Shown piece by piece: positions 18,196 to 24,435 of a stretch of DNA of 32,000 bases. Below the pieces are notes generated by a model. That model was not told where the DNA came from, did no database searches, and saw only the letters and a list, made by a program, of their open reading frames with translations. This DNA comes from Coprobacillaceae bacterium (GTDB taxonomy: Bacteria; Bacillota_I; Bacilli_A; Erysipelotrichales; Coprobacillaceae), in NCBI GenBank assembly GCA_963675515.1, contig OY776328.1:1200001-1232000 (forward strand), given 5' to 3'. The position numbers were made by a program, and so were the translations under genes. How positions within the stretch are numbered: the first letter of the stretch is position 1; every line of letters starts with the position of its first letter.

Positions 18196-19308
18196 ATGAG
18201 TAATGAAAGTATTGATCTAGGGAAATACAAGGACTATGCTTTTACACCTCAACAACGGAATATGATCAGAAAGGGATTGGCGGATGGTTTTGATGTGAGC
18301 GACTATGCCGATCCCAAATATGATTACTTGCAGATGGAACAGATATTGCTTTGTAAAATGGCTGGTGTCGACCCTTCAATTATTCTTGACCCGGAGATAC
18401 CTTATCAGTCGATGGAAAAGACCCGGTTGAAATTGTTCGACCAGCAACAAGTGGCCCAGAAAGAAAGAGAAAAGGTAAAATCAAGGCGACAGAAACGAGT
18501 GATTGTTTTAACAGTGTTCTTGATGTTCGTGCTTTCGGTTGGTGGTGGCCTGTATGCCAACAAAGAAGCAATCCAAAAAGCAATGGGAACACCTTTCCTG
18601 GAACTTAAGAAAAGCACATTGCAATTAGGACTGTCAGGAGTATCTGCTTTTGATAGCCTTGATTATGTAGCGGACTATGCAGAAGATTTTGAATTGATAG
18701 CACCGGTATATGATTTTTCAGCGGTGGGGGAGTATGATCTAAAGTATGAGATAACCAACGGTGCAAAAAATGAAGTGAAAATGCTTCATGTATATGTCTA
18801 TGATGATGTAGCACCAGTGATTGAATTATCCAAAACCAACCTGGTATTAGAGTATGGCAGTGGCTTCAATGCCAAAGATTATCTGCTTGTAGCGACTGAT
18901 AATGTAGATAATGATATTACGGCCAAAGTGGAAATTGAAAGTAATGTCGTTACATCTAAAAGCGGTGATTACAATGTAAGATATTCAGTTGCCGATCAGG
19001 CCGGCAATGATGACTTTAAGGAGTTGAAAGTGCACGTGAATGAAAAAGCGGTTGAGAAAGCACCGGAAACAACAAAACCAAACACCTCATCAGGAACCGG
19101 TACGGTTGATTCGACACCAGACAACAGCGACACTCAATCAAGTGGCACTGTATCAAATCCTGGTCAGTACAACAAATACTTTGATGGTAACAGTATTGAC
19201 AATTACAATAAAGCTATGGATTACGCCCAAGACATTTTTGATAAGGGTATGGTAAATGGATATACTGTAATGCCTACAGGCAATGGTTATCAGGTGACAT
19301 TTAGTTAG
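18196..19308 (+). CDS. single-pass membrane protein with extracellular bacterial Ig-like (DUF5011-like) domain
   Basis: AAAGGAG RBS. TM helix is VIVLTVFLMFVLSVGGGLYA. The segment DVAPVIELSKTNLVLEYGSGFNAKDYLLVATDNVDNDITAKV...GDYNVRYSVADQAGN resembles Ig-like/DUF5011 repeats. An S/T/P-rich linker follows. Confidence 0.65.
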   Translation: MSNESIDLGKYKDYAFTPQQRNMIRKGLADGFDVSDYADPKYDYLQMEQILLCKMAGVDPSIILDPEIPYQSMEKTRLKLFDQQQVAQKEREKVKSRRQKRVIVLTVFLMFVLSVGGGLYANKEAIQKAMGTPFLELKKSTLQLGLSGVSAFDSLDYVADYAEDFELIAPVYDFSAVGEYDLKYEITNGAKNEVKMLHVYVYDDVAPVIELSKTNLVLEYGSGFNAKDYLLVATDNVDNDITAKVEIESNVVTSKSGDYNVRYSVADQAGNDDFKELKVHVNEKAVEKAPETTKPNTSSGTGTVDSTPDNSDTQSSGTVSNPGQYNKYFDGNSIDNYNKAMDYAQDIFDKGMVNGYTVMPTGNGYQVTFS

Positions 19309-19350
19309 ATCGAAGATTAGAAATTATAAAGGTGGCAATTTTGCCACCTT
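19254..19350 (+). repeat. direct repeat A (3' end of the Ig-like gene + palindrome copy 4)
   Basis: This 97-nt segment re-occurs at 20556-20655 with five substitutions and a 3-nt (CCC) insertion. Confidence 0.9.
19331..19348. repeat. 18-bp palindrome GGTGGCAATTTTGCCACC, copy 4
   Basis: Perfect copy, 22 nt after the stop of the Ig-like protein gene. Confidence 0.9.
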
Positions 19351-19487
19351 GGACGTTTCGATTATTTATTATTCTATAATTCAAATAGCGAATTTTTTGA
19401 ACTAATGGCCGGTTACTATTAATTTTTTGATTTTCCAATACCAGGATAGAAAATGTAATATCTTTGCGTTGAAATGCTTATTCAAGA

Positions 19488-19516
19488 TTGACATAAAGGC
19501 TATGATGTAATACAAT
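19488..19516 (+). promoter_or_regulatory. near-consensus sigma-A promoter of the padR operon
   Basis: TTGACA (19488-19493), 17 nt, TACAAT (19511-19516). GTAATACAA occurs twice (19507-19515 and 19531-19539), overlapping and following the -10. Confidence 0.65.
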
Positions 19517-19556
19517 ATACCTACTATAAGGTAATACAAGATAGAGAGAGGTAAAT

Positions 19557-19892
19557 ATGATACCATCACAAATGCTCAAGGGCACTTTGGAAGGATGTAT
19601 TCTTAAAGTTATTTCCAAAAAGGAAACTTATGGCTACGAAATATCCCAGATGCTTAATGAATACGGCTTTGCGGATATTTCAGAGGGTACAATATATCCG
19701 CTACTGTTAAGACTCGAGAAGAATGACTTTATCAAAGCAAAATTTCGACAATCGCCTGTGGGACCAAAAAGAAAATATTTTAAGATTTCACCATCTGGCA
19801 TTAAGGAACTGAAAAATTTTTATGACAACTGGAATGAACTTTCGAATGCGGTTGAGAACTTATTCGAAAACGGGGAGGACGATCATGAATAA
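19557..19892 (+). CDS. padR: PadR-family transcriptional regulator
   Basis: Classic PadR winged-helix sequence: LKGTLEGCILKVISKKETYGYEISQML...SEGTIYPLLLRLEKNDFIKA...KRKYFKISPSG. Confidence 0.9.
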   Translation: MIPSQMLKGTLEGCILKVISKKETYGYEISQMLNEYGFADISEGTIYPLLLRLEKNDFIKAKFRQSPVGPKRKYFKISPSGIKELKNFYDNWNELSNAVENLFENGEDDHE

Positions 19893-20553
19893 GCAAACAA
19901 AAGAAATCAATAAGTTAAACAATATTCTAGATAAACAAATCAGTGACACCAATCAAGGAGTTTTCACTGACATGATTTGTTATTTGAGGGCTTCCGAATT
20001 GTCGGAATATGATATTGAAATAGTTCGGCAGGACCTGACCGAAATGGTTTTGTCGGCCCAGGAAAGAGGAGAAGATATCAAAAAGGTGATTGGGGGTGAC
20101 TACAGGGGATTCTGTGATACTATTATCGACTCTTTTCCTCCTAAATCATTAAAACAACGGTTTATCGATTTCCTTGATATTGTCTGTTTGCAGTTAGCTA
20201 TTTTGATTGCGATTAATACCGCAATAGCCAAAGAATCGTTTTTAATAATCATGAATATCCTTGATGGTAAACCTGTGAGCTATGATATTAATTTTACCAC
20301 AGGCAGTGTTGCTTCTATCTTGATCATCGTAGTGATGGCAAATTTACTAGTGAAAACAATTTGCAAAAACACTTTTGAGAGTATTCTCCATAACAAGCTG
20401 GTTCTATTTGCGATTTTTGCAACTTTGACAATTTTCATACAGGTCATTGTCTTTTATGGGCGCACTGTATTATTTACAACCAACGTATTTGTATCGGCAT
20501 TTTTAGCACTGGCTTTGTTCGGGATTCACAAGCTGTTGGAAAAAAACTTATAA
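19885..20553 (+). CDS. PadR-associated membrane protein (soluble N-domain + 3-4 TM helices)
   Basis: ATG 19885 follows GGGGAGGA and overlaps the padR stop by 8 nt. The N-terminal helical domain is followed by hydrophobic segments (LQLAILIAINTAI, VASILIIVVMANLLV, LVLFAIFATLTIFIQVIVF, VFVSAFLALALFGI). The layout resembles DUF1048/DUF1129-type PadR partners. Confidence 0.7.
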   Translation: MNKQTKEINKLNNILDKQISDTNQGVFTDMICYLRASELSEYDIEIVRQDLTEMVLSAQERGEDIKKVIGGDYRGFCDTIIDSFPPKSLKQRFIDFLDIVCLQLAILIAINTAIAKESFLIIMNILDGKPVSYDINFTTGSVASILIIVVMANLLVKTICKNTFESILHNKLVLFAIFATLTIFIQVIVFYGRTVLFTTNVFVSAFLALALFGIHKLLEKNL

Positions 20554-20555
20554 GC

Positions 20556-20655
20556 AAATGGATATACCCCTGTAATGCCAACAGGCAATGGTTATCAGGT
20601 GACATTTAGTTAGGTCGAAGATTAGAAATTATGAATGTGGCAATTTTGCCACCTT
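20556..20655 (+). repeat. direct repeat B (orphan 3' gene remnant + palindrome copy 5)
   Basis: It encodes an orphan ...NGYTPVMPTGNGYQVTFS-stop, versus ...NGYTVMPTGNGYQVTFS-stop at the end of the 18196-19308 gene. It starts 2 nt after the stop of the membrane-protein gene. Confidence 0.9.
20636..20653. repeat. 18-bp palindrome, copy 5 (TGTGGCAATTTTGCCACC, one mismatch)
   Basis: 17/18 match to the consensus. Only the first G is changed, to T. Confidence 0.85.
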
Positions 20656-20681
20656 TCATTTCAATGCGGCTAGGTTGGCTG

Positions 20682-20710
20682 TTGACATGAGACGACTAAA
20701 AGTTTAAAAT
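20682..20710 (+). promoter_or_regulatory. near-consensus sigma-A promoter
   Basis: TTGACA (20682-20687), 17 nt, TAAAAT (20705-20710). The -10 overlaps a 9-bp inverted repeat, AATTAATGT (20708-20716) / ACATTAATT (20732-20740). Confidence 0.6.
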
Positions 20711-20812
20711 TAATGTGTTCAGATTTTGCTAACATTAATTATGTTTATCAAGTTTCCCCAGCTTTGAATGGGCGAGATTACATGAGTTGCCCAGCTTGAA
20801 ATGGGTATGCGT

Positions 20813-20841
20813 AAAAGTAGGTTATCCTACTTTTTTATTTT
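20813..20841 (+). terminator. terminator-like hairpin at the end of a ~125-nt leader (attenuator or sRNA 3' end)
   Basis: AAAAGTAGG-ttat-CCTACTTTT followed by TTATTTT. It ends immediately before the AAAGGAAAG RBS of the 20855 gene. Confidence 0.5.
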
Positions 20842-20854
20842 AAAGGAAAGAAAA

Positions 20855-21319
20855 ATGATAATTGTAGAAGTAAGATTTAAAAACGGAATAAAAGCAAAGA
20901 TAAAAGAGACTGGACAAAAATATTATTTCTTTTGTCCGCAACAAGGAATACAAATCGGAGATTACGTGCTTGTTGAATCCCGAGAAGGCGTTAAAAGTTA
21001 CCATAACGATAATTTCAGGGTTGCTAGAATCGAACGGATATTTAAAGATGAAGAAGACAAGATTATGAAAATGCTGAGAGTCAGAAGATATGTCGTTTGC
21101 AAACTGGCGGTCAAAGATTTTGAAGAACGCTGTGCGGTTGTAAGGAAAATGAAAAAGGAAACCAACGGCCGGTTATGGGTCTGGGTACAAGAACAGGAAG
21201 CGAAAGAAAAGGAAGAAAGAAAACGAAAGAAAAGGGAAGAGGCTGAAAAGGCGAAATTGGATAAAGAAAAAGAAAAACCACAAAAGGCAAAGCGGAAGCC
21301 AAAAGCAGTGAAAAAATAG
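20855..21319 (+). CDS. hypothetical protein with Lys/Glu-rich C-terminal tail
   Basis: ATG 20855 follows the AAAGGAAAG RBS. The track's start at 20801 would read through the leader hairpin. The C-terminus is EQEAKEKEERKRKKREEAEKAKLDKEKEKPQKAKRKPKAVKK. No motif recognised in the N-domain. Confidence 0.6.
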   Translation: MIIVEVRFKNGIKAKIKETGQKYYFFCPQQGIQIGDYVLVESREGVKSYHNDNFRVARIERIFKDEEDKIMKMLRVRRYVVCKLAVKDFEERCAVVRKMKKETNGRLWVWVQEQEAKEKEERKRKKREEAEKAKLDKEKEKPQKAKRKPKAVKK

Positions 21320-21332
21320 CACTGCTTTTTTT
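21301..21332 (+). terminator. rho-independent terminator
   Basis: AGCAGTG-(9 nt)-CACTGCT followed by T7. The stem flanks the TAG stop. Confidence 0.7.
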
Positions 21333-21447
21333 GGTATATTAAGTTTATAAAGTGTATATGCCCTATTGATTTTACATTTTGAAAAATAAACTATTTTTTG
21401 GACCGATTTTCTGCATAAATCAGGCGATTTTTATGTATACTGTAATA

Positions 21448-21473
21448 GTGCAAAAAACGAGCGTTTTTTGCAC
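21448..21473. promoter_or_regulatory. 26-bp perfect palindrome (12 + AG + 12): candidate serine-recombinase crossover site / operator
   Basis: GTGCAAAAAACG-AG-CGTTTTTTGCAC, 29 nt upstream of the recombinase ATG. A weaker palindrome, GCATAAATC-aggc-GATTTTTATG, lies at 21413-21436. Confidence 0.55.
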
Positions 21474-21502
21474 GGAGATTTTGATAAATGAAAGGATAAA
21501 AA

Positions 21503-22060
21503 ATGAAATTTGGATATGCGAGGGTCAGCACAGAAGATCAGAACCTTGATCTTCAAGTTGATGCTTTAAATAAATACGGGGTTGATGAGATCTATCAAGA
21601 AAAGGTATCAGGTACTCGGTTGGAAAGAGAACAGTTAAATGAGCTGTTAAAAAAATTGAGAAAAGATGACACGCTTGTCGTATGGCGACTGGATAGATTA
21701 GGCAGAACGGTGAGGCAATTATTGGAGTTGTCTGAAGATTTTGAAAATAAAGGTGTGAATCTAGTCAGTATAAATGAAAACTTTGACACGTCCACGCCTG
21801 TCGGCAAATTTACATTTCATATGTTTTGTGCAATAGCGCAGATGGAGCGTGATGTTATATCGGAACGGACAAAAGCTGCAGTTGCTGCGGCAAGGTCAAG
21901 AGGAAGGGTGGGCGGTAGAAAACGCATCCCAGAAGAAACTGTTGAAACTGCATTAAAATTGTATGATGATGGGAAATTTAGTTTGGACGAGATTGTAAAA
22001 ATGACAGGAATAAGTAGATCCACGCTATACAATTATGTACGGAACCGCAAAAAGTTGTAA
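21503..22060 (+). CDS. small serine recombinase (resolvase/invertase family)
   Basis: MKFGYARVSTEDQNLDLQ contains the catalytic Ser motif. Other signatures are DTLVVWRLDRLGR, GRVGGRKR and the C-terminal HTH GISRSTLYNYV. At 185 aa it closely resembles Hin/Gin and Tn3-type resolvases. Confidence 0.92.
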   Translation: MKFGYARVSTEDQNLDLQVDALNKYGVDEIYQEKVSGTRLEREQLNELLKKLRKDDTLVVWRLDRLGRTVRQLLELSEDFENKGVNLVSINENFDTSTPVGKFTFHMFCAIAQMERDVISERTKAAVAAARSRGRVGGRKRIPEETVETALKLYDDGKFSLDEIVKMTGISRSTLYNYVRNRKKL

Positions 22061-22098
22061 GAATTTAGGTGATTTTCACCTTGTCTTGCAACTTTTTT
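22049..22098 (+). terminator. long hairpin terminator after the resolvase gene
   Basis: AAAAAGTTGTAAGA...AGGTGA-tttt-CACCT...TCTTGCAACTTTTTT. It has an A-tract and a T-tract on either side, so it may act bidirectionally. Confidence 0.65.
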
Positions 22099-22191
22099 AT
22101 TGTACTTTGGTACAGTTTTTCGCTTAAAGTGTTGCTTTAAGTCTTGAAGCTGTGTATATTGTTGATATTTACGAGAAAAGGAGATTATGTG

Positions 22192-23487
22192 ATGATTGCA
22201 GGATATGTGAGAGTTTCAACTCAAAGACAGGCTGATGAAGGCGTGAGTATTGAAATGCAACAGCAGATGATTATTCGCCATGCAAAAATGTTGGAGATGA
22301 TCGAAAACGATCACGAAATTACTTTTTACATAGATGATGGTTATTCGGGTTCAACCCTGGAAAGACCAGAGATGAAAAAATTGATAAGGGATATCAAGAG
22401 CAAAAGGGTAAATGTTGTAATTGCATATGATCTGTCTCGGATCAGCAGAGATATTTTTGATAGCAATAAATTTCTTAATATGTCTGATAAATATGAGGTT
22501 GTAATTAAGTGTCTCTATGATGATGTTAATATTACTACCGCTACAAGCAGGTTTGGTACTAATATCAAAATATTGACAAATCAATATGAACGAGAAAAGA
22601 TAATTGAACGGACTAACGATTCTCTGCAGTCAATAGCCGATAGTGGAAGGTATCCGTGTGGAGGCCGGCCAACATATGGATACACCAGAGGTTCGGATAA
22701 AAACCTGTACATTAATGAAGAGCAAGCAACAGTGGTCAAAAGAGTATTTGACATGGCGGTGAGAGGCTATGATATGAGTGACATTATCGATTATATTCGG
22801 GGTGCAACAAATGAGGTAAAAGCATACGAAGATACAATCATGAGGATGTTGAAAAATATTAGATATAAGGGTGAACTGGAATTCAAAGGTAAGATATATA
22901 ATAATTTGGTTCCGGCAATTGTAGATGAAGCTACCTTTAGAAAGGCTAATTATAATTTCAGAAAAATGAAACCAAATAAGGATAGTAATTACATATTTGA
23001 CGGTAGGGTTGTTTGTTCGAGTTGCAATACAATCCTGAGATGTTATCAAGGCAATAACGGCCAGGGGAAAAAATACTATTACTACATATGTAATGATTGT
23101 AAAAAAAGAATATCACAAGTTAAGTTGGAAAAACAATTCATTGAGCTGGATAAAAATACTAATTCATTCAAATTATATCGGGATAAACTTATGTCACGTA
23201 GAAGAAATTTAAGAGTGAAAATCGGTAAAGTTAATGAGAAGTACCAAATAGATGAAATTGAGGACGATGAATACTATCGTCTAGCGGTGATATTGGATAA
23301 GCAACTCGAAGATCTAAACAGAAAAATTGAAAGTATGGGAACTGTGAAATTTGAAGAATGGTGGGACAATAAAAGAAAAGCTGATTATATTAGAGCAAGG
23401 GTTAACTATATAGTATTTGAATTAACGAAAATTGAAATCAAGAATATCAAATACAATGATTATGTTGAGTGTGAAGATGATAAGTAG
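22192..23487 (+). CDS. large serine recombinase
   Basis: The N-terminal resolvase domain is IAGYVRVSTQRQ...AYDLSRISRD. A recombinase domain follows, then a zinc-ribbon (CSSCNTILRC...YYYICNDCKK) and a C-terminal coiled-coil. AAAGGAG RBS upstream. Start is GTG 22189 or ATG 22192. Confidence 0.88.
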   Translation: MIAGYVRVSTQRQADEGVSIEMQQQMIIRHAKMLEMIENDHEITFYIDDGYSGSTLERPEMKKLIRDIKSKRVNVVIAYDLSRISRDIFDSNKFLNMSDKYEVVIKCLYDDVNITTATSRFGTNIKILTNQYEREKIIERTNDSLQSIADSGRYPCGGRPTYGYTRGSDKNLYINEEQATVVKRVFDMAVRGYDMSDIIDYIRGATNEVKAYEDTIMRMLKNIRYKGELEFKGKIYNNLVPAIVDEATFRKANYNFRKMKPNKDSNYIFDGRVVCSSCNTILRCYQGNNGQGKKYYYYICNDCKKRISQVKLEKQFIELDKNTNSFKLYRDKLMSRRRNLRVKIGKVNEKYQIDEIEDDEYYRLAVILDKQLEDLNRKIESMGTVKFEEWWDNKRKADYIRARVNYIVFELTKIEIKNIKYNDYVECEDDK

Positions 23488-23698
23488 GTATGAAAATTGC
23501 TACACTTATCGTACAATCGCTGTATATTGTTCATAAAATTGTTTAAGATGGCATAATGTTGATAATGTAGTATTATATATAACCGGGACATAATAATTGG
23601 ATGTAAGTTATGCTTACTGGATATGGCATAACCAAATTCACAAAAAAATGAATTCAAAATCTTTCTATTGTACTATTGCCTCAATGGTAAAGGGATAG

Positions 23699-23729
23699 TC
23701 TAAGTACTGAAAGTCTTTGAGTACTTAGA
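23699..23729. repeat. 31-bp near-perfect palindrome downstream of the large serine recombinase
   Basis: TCTAAGTACTGAAAG-t-CTTTGAGTACTTAGA, with 15-bp arms and 1 mismatch, in a ~700-bp AT-rich non-coding stretch. Confidence 0.8.
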
Positions 23730-24160
23730 TTAAAAAATTTTGCAAATTGTTCTACCTTTTTGAACAAATACTGTGGAATAAAATCAATTTGTCTTGATAA
23801 TATCGATAGGTGTGTAAAATTCAGGAGAAATTTCATTTTTCAGAAATATTTCCTGAATTTTACTATCTATGTAAATTTTCTCTCAAAGATATTGAGCGCT
23901 TGGTTTGTATTGATTGAACAATATTAAAGAACTTAATTCGACATCAGACACATGTTGAGCTAAATCCAACGATTTTCAATTTGTATTTTGGTTTGAAATC
24001 GAAGATTACAGCTGCAATTCAATATTTCTAATTATCAAATATTTTAACTACATGTATTTGGTGGTCAATTAAGTTTAAGAATTACATGTTGTTCAAACGG
24101 AATAAAACGCATGGTTGGAGTTACAAAAATACACATTTTATAAAAATATGGTAATTACAA

Positions 24161-24189
24161 TTGAAAATATTCCTCAAAAGGAATATAAT
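24161..24189 (+). promoter_or_regulatory. near-consensus promoter of the R-M operon with embedded palindromic operator
   Basis: TTGAAA (24161-24166), 17 nt, TATAAT (24184-24189). The spacer and -10 contain the perfect palindrome ATATTCCT-caaa-AGGAATAT (24167-24186). Confidence 0.6.
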
Positions 24190-24224
24190 TAACTAGTGTG
24201 TTACTGTCGATATGGAGGGGAATT

Positions 24225-24413
24225 ATGGAATTTTTGACTACATCAGAAATCGCCGATAAATGGAGTGTATCTCGTCGACGAGTCACGACTTTGTGCCGTG
24301 ATGGTCGCATCGAAGGTGCGATTTTAATAGGTAACATGTGGCTGGTTCCGGAGAATACTAAAAAACCGGAAGATCCTAGACGTATCCGAAAGATTGGGCC
24401 GATAAAAGATTAA
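24225..24413 (+). CDS. small helix-turn-helix DNA-binding protein (excisionase/MerR-like HTH), possible R-M controller
   Basis: ATG 24225 follows TGGAGGGG. The sequence [39 protein letters not shown] is typical of the HTH_17-like fold. It ends 22 nt upstream of hsdM. Confidence 0.75.
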   Translation: MEFLTTSEIADKWSVSRRRVTTLCRDGRIEGAILIGNMWLVPENTKKPEDPRRIRKIGPIKD

Positions 24414-24435
24414 AAGAAAATGGAGGATTTGCATA

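Noticed and set aside
18761-18772. GTGCAAAAAATG matches 11/12 of the half-site of the 26-bp recombinase palindrome.
   Set aside because: It is only a half-site with no inverted partner, and it lies inside the Ig-like protein coding sequence. Chance occurrence in AT-rich DNA is plausible.
19040-19255. An alternative-frame plus-strand ORF inside the Ig-like protein gene.
   Set aside because: It is embedded in the S/T/P-rich linker region of a well-supported gene, and its translation is low complexity.
20801-20854. The upstream extension of the 20855 gene (MGMRKSRLSYFFILKERK).
   Set aside because: It starts inside the second 16-mer leader repeat and reads through the terminator-like hairpin. 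A proper RBS precedes ATG 20855.
23460-23657. A 65-aa minus-strand ORF downstream of the large serine recombinase.
   Set aside because: It has no RBS, overlaps the recombinase 3' end, and sits in AT-rich DNA where such ORFs arise by chance.
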